From a virus (Duplodnaviria > Caudoviricetes), in IMG/VR virus record IMGVR_UViG_3300048576_000047, positions 1 to 24,654 of that record: 24,654 bases of DNA. The stretch is one strand, 5' to 3'. Below, piece by piece: positions 15,983 through 24,422 of the stretch. The notes beneath the pieces were generated by a model. That model ran no database searches. It was not told where the DNA came from and saw only the letters and a program-made list of their open reading frames with translations. Positions within the stretch are counted from its first letter, which is position 1, and each line of letters begins with the position of its first letter. The position numbers were made by a program, and so were the translations under genes.

Positions 15983-16663
15983 TTACATTTCCAGGGTTTC
16001 GACCGCGGCGTCCTTTGCAGCGGCAGTAAGAGCGATTCCCTTGACGCACGTCGGATCATGGCTCGCATTGGTCGGCGCATACACGCCAACCGTCCAGCCG
16101 AGCGCCGTATAGGCGTCGTTTGCTACAGTCTCGACCTCGACGCTCTTGCCGATTTCCAGCGCCACGATATTGAGATTTCCCGCTGCATCCACTTCGAGCT
16201 TCATGCCGGTCAGCGCAGCATTCGCCTCAGCAGTGATGGCCGCAAAGGTTTTGCTTTCGCCGGCATCCAGGGTGATGCTCTGGGAATCTCCGCCCTCGAG
16301 CTTCAGCTTGATCGCATCGTTTGTGGCCGCTGTGATGTCCTGCGGACCGGTAGTCGTGCCGTCATGACGGGCAGGCTTTGCCGGTGTGTACTGAAAGATC
16401 TTGTTGTCCGGTCCGAGCACGAAATAGCCCGGCTGGATCGCTTCTCCAGCGATCCTGTCATCCCTGTGCCAGACATAGGGAGTAACGAAAACGCATTCCC
16501 CCATGTCTATCCGTTTCGTGTACACCTGGCCCACATAGGGATCGTACGGGTCGGTGAGTCTGGATACCGTGCGATCTGCACCGATTTTCAGACGGTCACC
16601 GTCCTCGATGACTCCCGAATACTCAGCGCCCACAGTCAGCGGCGATGGTGCCCTTTTTTCCAT
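15983..16663 (-). CDS. Head decoration/cement-like protein with an inserted ~100-aa domain, 226 aa
   Basis: Located between protease and capsid; IAGEAIQPG..V and GIALTAAAKDAAVETL termini are typical of cement proteins; AAGGAGGT RBS. Confidence 0.72.
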   Translation of the reverse strand: MEKRAPSPLTVGAEYSGVIEDGDRLKIGADRTVSRLTDPYDPYVGQVYTKRIDMGECVFVTPYVWHRDDRIAGEAIQPGYFVLGPDNKIFQYTPAKPARHDGTTTGPQDITAATNDAIKLKLEGGDSQSITLDAGESKTFAAITAEANAALTGMKLEVDAAGNLNIVALEIGKSVEVETVANDAYTALGWTVGVYAPTNASHDPTCVKGIALTAAAKDAAVETLEM

Positions 16664-16696
16664 ATTCGATTACCTCCTTGACTCGGTTCCGTGCCC

Positions 16697-18079
16697 CTAC
16701 TCGGTTTTACCCGCAGGGCTCCCCGCCGATGGTTTTGCGTAATAGTCATCCAGCATCATGGCCCGGATGTGTCTATCCAGGTCCGTTGCTCCCGGTCCGC
16801 CCATTCCGGGAATCTCCTCATTCTGCGAGACCTTCGCTCCCAGGCGAGCATTTGCTTTGGGATCGAGCAGCGCCAGTTGATCTTTGAGATATTCCAGATC
16901 TCCGGAGGCCTCGATGCGTTTGCGTTCCCGCAGCTCCACTTCGGACATTTGCTGTTTGTCCGGTTTTACGTGGGCTGCATCGAATGCTTTGAGCGCCGCC
17001 CCCCTTACGTCCTCCAGATACGCCTTTCCTTGCGGGATGAAGGCCAGCTCTCCGGGCAATCGCTCGAGTACCTGTTCGGCCGTGAGCTTCACCTCGCCTT
17101 CCTTGAGCAGCGTCGGACCGAGCTTTTCCAATTCCGCAGCCAGGCTGTTGTATTTCTTGGCTGCGTTCAGCCTCTGGGTCAGCTCCGCCTTGACCCGCTC
17201 ATCCAATTTCTCCGGCATCGGTCCGTTCTCCGTGAATGCCACGGAGATACCCAGCTCGCTGCAGACCAATTGCAGGAGGGCCCACACTGTTTTCATTTCG
17301 CTGCCTCCACTGTTTTTTTTCGGATCTTCAAACTGGTAACCAGACCAGCTTTTCCCCTGATTGAAGGTGTTCTTTCGCGGACCGGAATTCGGGTCGGCTC
17401 CCGCCGGCACCAGCGCATAGTGCAGCACGCTCGATGTGGTCTCCGGCAACCAGCGCACCATCTGCCCGTCCACCTCTTCACCCTGGCGCTCGATGAATTC
17501 CTCGATGTCCATGTCCGGATGCGAGAGAGAAAACTGGTTGTCGATGGAGATGCTGCCCGCATCCAGGTTCGCTGTCTCCAGGCCGATAGCCGCCTTGGGA
17601 TCGAATCGCCTGTCCACGATCACCGATCCATTCAGTCCCGGAGGAATATCCACGCATTGTTCCCAGAAAGCGTTGCCGAGCTTTCCTGCCTTGGCCTGCA
17701 TGTCGAACGTATGATTCCACATCACCGGCACGGGCCGAGGAACACTGTTGATACAGCCGATAGCTTCCTTGAGCGCCCGTGCATCCGCATGACCGAAATC
17801 AACCCTCTGGTCGGGCGCAAACCATATTCCCGGCGAAACGACGGTGGCGCTGATCAGCCGGAACGTCACGCTGACTAAATGCGGATCTTCGGTTCCGCCG
17901 TCCGTGCCGGTTCCATCTCCGGCCTGTCCACCTTCGGCTCCGGATGCAGGTGGATTGTTTCCGTCCTGAAGGTTGGCCGGTTTGCCCGGATCGGCCGGCT
18001 TGCCTCTTCGTGTGCAATCCACGAACATTGCCGGGGCAATCACCTTGCCGTCTTTCGTGAACTTGAGCGGATGTTTCAT
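16697..18079 (-). CDS. Prohead protease / scaffold fusion, 460 aa
   Basis: PVMWNH, GSISI and YALVPAGADP protease-like motifs followed by a helical, charged C-terminal half. Confidence 0.78.
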   Translation of the reverse strand: MKHPLKFTKDGKVIAPAMFVDCTRRGKPADPGKPANLQDGNNPPASGAEGGQAGDGTGTDGGTEDPHLVSVTFRLISATVVSPGIWFAPDQRVDFGHADARALKEAIGCINSVPRPVPVMWNHTFDMQAKAGKLGNAFWEQCVDIPPGLNGSVIVDRRFDPKAAIGLETANLDAGSISIDNQFSLSHPDMDIEEFIERQGEEVDGQMVRWLPETTSSVLHYALVPAGADPNSGPRKNTFNQGKSWSGYQFEDPKKNSGGSEMKTVWALLQLVCSELGISVAFTENGPMPEKLDERVKAELTQRLNAAKKYNSLAAELEKLGPTLLKEGEVKLTAEQVLERLPGELAFIPQGKAYLEDVRGAALKAFDAAHVKPDKQQMSEVELRERKRIEASGDLEYLKDQLALLDPKANARLGAKVSQNEEIPGMGGPGATDLDRHIRAMMLDDYYAKPSAGSPAGKTE

Positions 18080-20376
18080 GCGATCTCCTTCTTGATCACA
18101 GCGACCACTCTGTGCCTACAAAGCGGATGTATCGGAGCGGTCACCATGCCGGTTGCCTGAACGTCAGCAGCGTCCATGTCCTCAAGGCTTTTGAGTCCAT
18201 CCTTGCCTGCGAATCGCGATGTGATGAACTTGTCGAACTTGGAAATGTCCTCGTTGCCGGATTCGATGATCCGCTCGATTCTGGTTATTTCCTTGCTCAC
18301 TGTGAATTCCTTGTTCCGCATGGCCTTGCACCAGTCACAGGTCAGCCGATCCCATGGGCCTGCAATGCGGAATGTGGTGATCTGCTCGTCATGAAGTGCC
18401 AACATCTGGCCCCAATTCTGGGCACGAGAGACACCGGTATCGATGATCACGCGAGCACGGTGTTCGCCGATTTTCTCTGCCAGCTCCGAAAACTCCTCAC
18501 GGAATGCAGCCAATTCTTTCGGCGATTTGCCTCTGCCCAGTCCCTTTTCGAGGTATTGCTCCCGCAGGAAATCCGTGATCTGCTGATTCGTCCTGTCGTC
18601 TCCGGACACGTATTTGCTGGTGTAGAAGCGGTCCACACGGCTCATGTAACCGATGGCCGTGGTGTCCCACGTGCCGGTGACAGCCTTGCCCGGTGCGGAT
18701 CGCTTCCATTCTCCGCCGAACACGGAATCGTCCTCGTACCGTGCCCAGGTCCAAATCCTGTCGAGATGCTCTCTGCCGATCCGTTCCAGCGTGCGGGCAT
18801 CAAGCCTATCCTCAGCGCCGCTCAGGAAGAGCCGTAATGCCTCCGCAACGAAGGTGTCCACTTCCGGGATGTCCCGAACCGACGCCCACTCGTAAACAGC
18901 CTCGACACCGAGTCGTGCCGCATCCGAGAGCTTCCCCTGGACCTGATACACGTATTCCCGTGCAGCTCTGCGAGCCTCACGAGCACTGTAGTCGGCGGTA
19001 ATGGCCTCGATGCTCCGTTTGGAAGTGAAACTTGACTTCCCGAAATCAAAACCGTTCCATCGCGGTTTCGGCAGTTTTAGCGAATACGAACCGGCCTTTT
19101 TCTCGAACGATGCGATGAATGCTCCCGATTTTGCATTCGCGTCGTCATAGCCCAGCTTTTCCCGGACCTCTTCGAGACTGCAAATCAGGGAATTGAACTC
19201 ATTGACGAACTGGGCCCGCTCCATTGCACTGGCCTCTGACGCCATGAACTCATCCAATGTGTCCGTGAGATTGAATCTCACCGATACGCCGATATCGCCC
19301 ATGCCCTTCAATGCCAGTTCAAGCCGCAAGGCATGCTCGTATGCCCGTTTCACGCAGAGCTGAAAGTTCTTGATCTGCGATGCCATGATCCGATAGACGA
19401 CTGATGCAAAGGTCTCCGTTGTGCCCCAGTTGTGACCGAAGAAAACGGGGTCTCTGAGTAATCCCGCAAAGAGGCTTTGCAGGATCGTTTGAGCCATATC
19501 CTTTGCGCCAGCAGCGCCTGCGTTCGTGTTCGTGAATTTGAACTCCACGTTGTCCCAGGCAGCGGCCACGCCTTCTTGCATGTTCTTCGCGATGGACTGG
19601 GTGAAATCTCGCAGCATGGTTTGCGTGCGCCGCCAGTATTCTTCCTGGCTTTCACCGGTTTCGAGCATCTCCGGCCGCTCGGCCGAAGCCTGCAGAAGAC
19701 CGAAGGAACCGACTTTTTTGGTCCAGGCCCGAATGCCTTCCTCGAATTTCTGGTTTGTGGCCGTTGCACTCAGTGCTGCCAGTGCCGGAGGAATGGGGTA
19801 CGGGTTCTCATCGAAGGTTTCCGCAGCGATGAATGCCGTTTGCACCGGATTCAAAGGCACGAACTGCCCGCTCTGGATCTGACCCAGTTCCAGTTCGCCA
19901 TCGGAGCCGTATCTGAATCGCAGCGAGCGCATACGGACCAGATAACCCCGCTTGATTCCGGATCTGTCGGGCAACGGCGGCACTTCGACACAGAGGCCAC
20001 CGGCTCGGCACAATTGGCTGAACAGGCCATTGAACAGGCCGTCCGCTCCGGCACCCGGATAGCACCGTGCCGCGAAGTCATTGACAATTTGCAGCACGGC
20101 CTTGGCCTTCTGCTCTGTGGCTGCATCGATCTCGATCTCATGACCGCTATTCCCGAGTGAAAGCGTGTCCCGCTTGAACTTGGCGAAATAGGGCTCGGTC
20201 TTGAACAGATCGTCCATCACCTCGTAAACGGCAAAAGGGAACAGAGCCGAGATCCACGTGAGATTGGAGAAGAGCCCCCGCATGGCCTCCACAACGGAAC
20301 CGCCCTGATCGACGGAAATGCGGTCCGAGAGGTCCGGGATTCCCGCTTTTGTCTTGCGGTTCTTTCGCTTGCTCAT
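18076..20376 (-). CDS. Portal protein fused to a Mu gpF / SPP1 gp7-like head morphogenesis domain, 766 aa
   Basis: Follows the terminase; portal-like ENPYPIPP and ICSLEEVREKLGY (to about aa 415); C-terminal RARVIIDT..SRAQNWG, DRLTCDWC and APIHPLCR are gpF-like. Confidence 0.85.
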   Translation of the reverse strand: MSKRKNRKTKAGIPDLSDRISVDQGGSVVEAMRGLFSNLTWISALFPFAVYEVMDDLFKTEPYFAKFKRDTLSLGNSGHEIEIDAATEQKAKAVLQIVNDFAARCYPGAGADGLFNGLFSQLCRAGGLCVEVPPLPDRSGIKRGYLVRMRSLRFRYGSDGELELGQIQSGQFVPLNPVQTAFIAAETFDENPYPIPPALAALSATATNQKFEEGIRAWTKKVGSFGLLQASAERPEMLETGESQEEYWRRTQTMLRDFTQSIAKNMQEGVAAAWDNVEFKFTNTNAGAAGAKDMAQTILQSLFAGLLRDPVFFGHNWGTTETFASVVYRIMASQIKNFQLCVKRAYEHALRLELALKGMGDIGVSVRFNLTDTLDEFMASEASAMERAQFVNEFNSLICSLEEVREKLGYDDANAKSGAFIASFEKKAGSYSLKLPKPRWNGFDFGKSSFTSKRSIEAITADYSAREARRAAREYVYQVQGKLSDAARLGVEAVYEWASVRDIPEVDTFVAEALRLFLSGAEDRLDARTLERIGREHLDRIWTWARYEDDSVFGGEWKRSAPGKAVTGTWDTTAIGYMSRVDRFYTSKYVSGDDRTNQQITDFLREQYLEKGLGRGKSPKELAAFREEFSELAEKIGEHRARVIIDTGVSRAQNWGQMLALHDEQITTFRIAGPWDRLTCDWCKAMRNKEFTVSKEITRIERIIESGNEDISKFDKFITSRFAGKDGLKSLEDMDAADVQATGMVTAPIHPLCRHRVVAVIKKEIA

Positions 20377-22040
20377 GCATTCCCCCCAACAGGTGCAAAC
20401 ATGAGGTCAAGCGATGGCGACGCTCCCTTTACTCCCAGCTCGAAGGCAGCAATTCGTCCGCTGTTCATGGCCATACCGAAATGGTTCTCAACTTTGTCCA
20501 GGTAGGTTCGGCGTTTGTTGCCGTTTTTGTCCTCGACGGTTTCCGTGATGAGCATTTTCAGGTGTGCCCACACGTCTTCCAGGACTGCCTTTTCGGCCGG
20601 GGACGCCTTCGCCATATCGGGCAAGAGCATTTCCTGGCCGACCAGCATGTCTACTGTGGTATCGAGGCTTTCGGTCCTGTCCACTGCAACTGTCTGGATG
20701 GGGATCTTGTTCTCGTATAGTTCGGAACCGACAGTCAGCTCTTTGACCATACGGAAATACTGAATCCAGACCTTTTTCCTGAAACCGGTCGCAAATTCTT
20801 TGGCGGATTTCTTGTAAGGCATGGCGTCAATTACGCATGCAGCCACGCCGTGAGCATGCATCAACTCGCCAAGGCGGCCCCATTTGTCGGTAATCTCGAA
20901 CCAAGTCCAATGGAACTCCCCGCCAGACCTTCTGCCGATGGCAATATGGAGTAGATCGCCAACATCCACGCCCATGAACGTCCCGTATTCCTTTCGGATA
21001 AATGCGTATGGCCGCTGGCAATTGCGCAGGACGTCATCCGTGATTTTTGCGTCATCGCCGCCGTATGGATCGCCGATAATGGAAATGGTGAAGCGCCTCA
21101 GTTCGAGCTTTCGTTTGAGCGCCGTGGCATACTGTTTCATAACGAAAGTCGCGTAATTTGCCGCTTTCTGCTTGGGTGGCTCGATTTGCGTGTAGAGCTG
21201 CGAAATGTGATATCCCCGGACATCCCGGTTGCCTGAACGATGCGCAACCCAGACGCCCTTCGCCATATCCAGTTCGGCCTGGCATTTGAGGCAGCCACGG
21301 TAATGCGTGGCACCGTCCGGATACGACTTCAGCCGATTGCTCGGAATTTCCATGAAATTCCTCGGAAATTCCTTTTCCAGACAGTTCTCCGCACCGCAAG
21401 CCGGACAGATCAGGTGCCAGTAATGCTGATCGCTGGGCGTAAACATTTTGTTGATGCCGTAGCCAGGAAAACTGGGCTGAGACAGGGCATGGTCCCATTG
21501 CAGCGTGCTGGCCATGATGCGGTCTTTGACGAATTCCGCATGATCCTGTTTGGATCGGTCAACCTCGTCACGAATCACGTAATCACCGGGCATGGTGATG
21601 ACGTTGGCCTCACTGAACATGCCCATGACGTGGATCGAGCCTTCGCCCAAATCCATGTGGTCCCAGGAGAACGTTTCCCCTTTGAGCGCCTTCAATTCGG
21701 GGCTGCGGTTGATCATTCGTTGCAGACGCAGCTTTCCGAACGCTTTGGCTTTCTTGTCATTGTCCAGGTAATAGAGCGCTGTCATGCCGAGATGCGATGA
21801 GACGTAACCGGACCGTATCCCCATGATCTCGGATGCGCCTACCTGAGCCGCTTTTTGCAGAGCCTGCGCTGGATGATCGTCCTCAATGATCTGCTGCTGA
21901 AATTCGAAGCCCTTATACGTGTAGGGACGGCCGCCCACCATAATTCCGGCATTCGGTAACCATTCTCCTATCGGGAGAGGCTTTCCGCGTTTCGCCTTCA
22001 TTGCGGCAGTTCTAGGCAGTATTTCGTTAATAAGGCTCAC
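20373..22040 (-). CDS. Terminase large subunit, lambda gpA-like ATPase, about 555 aa
   Basis: Walker A KAAQVGASE, Walker B VIRDEVDR, SDQHYWHLICPACG..C..C zinc motif, GYHISQLY and nuclease MGVDVG. GTG 22040 overlaps the upstream TGA. Confidence 0.93.
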   Translation of the reverse strand: MSLINEILPRTAAMKAKRGKPLPIGEWLPNAGIMVGGRPYTYKGFEFQQQIIEDDHPAQALQKAAQVGASEIMGIRSGYVSSHLGMTALYYLDNDKKAKAFGKLRLQRMINRSPELKALKGETFSWDHMDLGEGSIHVMGMFSEANVITMPGDYVIRDEVDRSKQDHAEFVKDRIMASTLQWDHALSQPSFPGYGINKMFTPSDQHYWHLICPACGAENCLEKEFPRNFMEIPSNRLKSYPDGATHYRGCLKCQAELDMAKGVWVAHRSGNRDVRGYHISQLYTQIEPPKQKAANYATFVMKQYATALKRKLELRRFTISIIGDPYGGDDAKITDDVLRNCQRPYAFIRKEYGTFMGVDVGDLLHIAIGRRSGGEFHWTWFEITDKWGRLGELMHAHGVAACVIDAMPYKKSAKEFATGFRKKVWIQYFRMVKELTVGSELYENKIPIQTVAVDRTESLDTTVDMLVGQEMLLPDMAKASPAEKAVLEDVWAHLKMLITETVEDKNGNKRRTYLDKVENHFGMAMNSGRIAAFELGVKGASPSLDLMFAPVGGNA

Positions 22041-22234
22041 GCGGTTTTCTCCATCACCGTCTTCATTGCATCGCAAAACTCTGCCGCAATCAGTGGGTTG
22101 GCCTTCAAGAACGTGAGGATTTCCTGCCTCACTTCTTCAAGTCTGCGTGGTAAGAGCGTTCGCAATGTCGCATTTCGCTGCAATTCCCATTGCTGATGGG
22201 CAATCTTTGATATGACTCGCTTTCCGCTGTTCAC
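22037..22234 (-). CDS. Hypothetical protein, 65 aa
   Basis: GTGA overlaps at both ends, implying translational coupling to the small and large terminase genes. Confidence 0.72.
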   Translation of the reverse strand: MNSGKRVISKIAHQQWELQRNATLRTLLPRRLEEVRQEILTFLKANPLIAAEFCDAMKTVMEKTA

Positions 22235-22824
22235 GCAGATTTCTCCAACATTTCTTCTTTCGCTCGCTCTGCAACATCGAGGAGCTTGCTCGTCAATTCG
22301 GGCATGCCGGTCAGCAGCTCTTGCATGCGCTCTTTGAAGCGCTCAAATGCCGCCTCGATTGCCTTGGTTCGCTCGTGTTCCCATTTTTCCCGTGCCACTT
22401 TGCCGGTGGCGAGACGCCCCAGGCTGTTAGCTATGCGGGCCACATCGAGGATTTCCGTTGCTTTCAGGGTGTCTGCATCGGCCAGGGCTTCCAGGAGAAT
22501 GGCTTTACAGAGTCCCTCCGCGGCTTCGCCCACATCCTTGGAATCGCCCACCAAATGCTTCGTCAGGACTTCGGCCTTTGTTTTGGCCTTTTCGATCCGT
22601 TCGAGATCCTGACGCTGGCGCTGCATGAACCGCCACACTTGGTTGCGGTTGATGGTCTGCTCGATGCCCTCGGATTCCAGCAGCTTGTTGAGCTTCTCCG
22701 TGATCTCATCCAGGGTCAGCTTGTCGAAATACCAGTCCTTGATCTGGAGCTGGATTTCATCGGGAAGCTTGTCGATGGCTCCGTGCGCCCGGTTCGGTCT
22801 GCGGATTTCAGGCTCAGCAGACAA
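22231..22824 (-). CDS. Mu gp27-like (DUF3486) putative small terminase, 197 aa
   Basis: AIDKLPDEI...TLDEITEKL...INRNQVWRF N-terminal HTH pattern followed by a helical region. Confidence 0.85.
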   Translation of the reverse strand: MSAEPEIRRPNRAHGAIDKLPDEIQLQIKDWYFDKLTLDEITEKLNKLLESEGIEQTINRNQVWRFMQRQRQDLERIEKAKTKAEVLTKHLVGDSKDVGEAAEGLCKAILLEALADADTLKATEILDVARIANSLGRLATGKVAREKWEHERTKAIEAAFERFKERMQELLTGMPELTSKLLDVAERAKEEMLEKSA

Positions 22825-23119
22825 CGTTGACCCCCGGATCGGGCGGAATCGTGCCGTCCAAGAGATCGATACCCTTGGGCGTCATGGTTGCGAGCCAGCG
22901 CTCGACCCCGGAGATATGGTCTCTCGTCAAACGCAGGTTCAGGTAACCCTTGTCTCCCAGATATGCGAGGTTCTCCTCGAGGTCCGCGGCAACGCCGAGA
23001 CGGCCTGCCTGCCAGAAGATCTTCTCGATTCCCTGGTAAGAGATCCCGTCAACTCCGTAGCGGCGGACGATCTTCAGAAGGTCTCCCCGAGTCTTGTAGT
23101 TCGCTTCAGCAGACGTCAT
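22814..23119 (-). CDS. Mu gp26-like winged-helix protein, 101 aa
   Basis: RGDLLKIV...LAYLGDKGYL...ATMTPKGIDLLDGTIPPDPGV; directly upstream of the gp27-like gene. Confidence 0.82.
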   Translation of the reverse strand: MTSAEANYKTRGDLLKIVRRYGVDGISYQGIEKIFWQAGRLGVAADLEENLAYLGDKGYLNLRLTRDHISGVERWLATMTPKGIDLLDGTIPPDPGVNVVC

Positions 23120-23559
23120 TTTGTTTTCGCCTCGGTATTTCCGAAATAGGTGTCAATACGGCGATGCAACACGTTGATTGCTCCCATGACCTGGGCGTTG
23201 CTCTCCTTGATCACGTCATGCAGCCGCAGATAGTCGCCGTGATGCTCTTCGCGGGTGATCAGGTTCCCCTGGCTCGCACATTGCTGGGCTCGACATTCCA
23301 TTATGGACATCTGGAGAGCGTGAATACGCTCCTGATGCTGGTTGGCCCGTTCCGACCCTTTGAGCTGCTCGCGCCGGATCATCTCGTCTAATTTCACGAT
23401 CCGCTCATCCCGATCCGCATCGGCGGTATCCCGCTTCTGTAGAGCCCGGTTGAATATCGTCAGGGTCGCTCCACTGATCAGCGTGAGCGCCAGGAGAAAC
23501 AGCGCTGCGATGAACCAGAGCGCAGTCCACGGCGTGCCCGCACCGACGTCCGGAATCAT
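23116..23559 (-). CDS. Membrane-anchored coiled-coil protein (Mu gp25-like position), 147 aa
   Basis: N-terminal TM helix, coiled coil, LITREEH and LHRRIDTY; ATGA overlaps at both ends. Confidence 0.72.
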   Translation of the reverse strand: MIPDVGAGTPWTALWFIAALFLLALTLISGATLTIFNRALQKRDTADADRDERIVKLDEMIRREQLKGSERANQHQERIHALQMSIMECRAQQCASQGNLITREEHHGDYLRLHDVIKESNAQVMGAINVLHRRIDTYFGNTEAKTK

Positions 23560-24317
23560 GAAGCCGCTCCTTCGGAGTCATCGGGCTGGATCTGCCACAC
23601 GGAACCGTCCCAAATGACCCGCTGCCATTTCTCCACACCGTTCTCGACGGAGTGCAGCATCTTGCGCTCACCGACCGCATTGCCCTCCGGACTTCTCGAT
23701 CCAGGCGATACCCTAGCTGCCTGCAACCAAGCCTCATCTGCGGCAGAAAACCGGAGAACCTCGCCTTTGTCCGTGATGATCTCTTCGCCATCGTTGTGCG
23801 CTACCAGACAGCCATCCGGAGCCAGCCCGAAATTGCCTTCCTCATCGAGTTTTTCTGTCCGGTTTTGCACTGCCTCTTTGCCGCTACTGAATGCTGCCTT
23901 GATCTTCAGGACTGCGATTTCCAGGAGTAACCTGCCCATGCGTTCCGGCAGGTTGGGAAACAGCTCTCGGAATTTCATCAGGACTGCGTAGCGCCTGTCC
24001 TCGCTGGTCCGCACGTCTGCCCAGGTCTCCTCGCGAGCGACCAGCGATTCCATCTTTTCCAGGTGCGCTGCGGTGATCCCCAATTTGAACAGGATCACGC
24101 AGGCCTCGACGGTGAACCTCCGGATCGGTTCCGGGATCATGCTGTACGAGCCGAGAGCGTTCATTGCAGCAAGGCGGCGTTCCGCCAGATTTTCGATGCT
24201 TTCCGCTTGTTCAACGGCCAGCAGGCATTTGCCGATGCCGTCCACGATGAATGCGGCCAGTTGCGGAATGAGCCACCATACGAGCTTCGTTAGAGCAGGT
24301 AAGAGCCATGCAAACAT
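23556..24317 (-). CDS. Putative holin-like membrane protein with a duplicated helical domain, about 253 aa
   Basis: Hydrophobic N-terminus; two V...E....(E/D)RR.A......PE...R...E..V...K repeats reminiscent of LL-H-type holins; lysis-cassette position; ATG 24317 follows GGAGG. Confidence 0.55.
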   Translation of the reverse strand: MFAWLLPALTKLVWWLIPQLAAFIVDGIGKCLLAVEQAESIENLAERRLAAMNALGSYSMIPEPIRRFTVEACVILFKLGITAAHLEKMESLVAREETWADVRTSEDRRYAVLMKFRELFPNLPERMGRLLLEIAVLKIKAAFSSGKEAVQNRTEKLDEEGNFGLAPDGCLVAHNDGEEIITDKGEVLRFSAADEAWLQAARVSPGSRSPEGNAVGERKMLHSVENGVEKWQRVIWDGSVWQIQPDDSEGAAS

Positions 24318-24336
24318 TGCGATTGCCTCCATTATT

Positions 24337-24408
24337 GGGCAGACGCACTGGTCTGCCCCTACAGGATTCGTTTAAATTCGCTGTAGGGGCGCACCGATGC
24401 GTGCGCCC
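24337..24408. repeat. Inverted pair of GTAG-type REP-like elements, family A
   Basis: 24337-24362 (minus: GTAGGGGCAGACCAGTGCGTCTGCCC) and 24383-24408 (plus: GTAGGGGCGCACCGATGCGTGCGCCC), each GTAG plus a GC-rich hairpin, separated by a 20-bp spacer. Confidence 0.85.
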
Positions 24409-24422
24409 GGTTTTGGATTACG

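Noticed and set aside
16691-17878. 395-aa plus-strand ORF and the other long plus-strand ORFs (e.g. 6530-7309, 14664-15428, 18112-18837)
   Set aside because: Antisense shadows of well-supported minus-strand genes in GC-rich DNA; no recognisable motifs.
17900-18003. GKPADPGKPA and Gly-rich stretch in the protease N-terminus as a repeat system
   Set aside because: Short low-complexity linker with only two tiny units.
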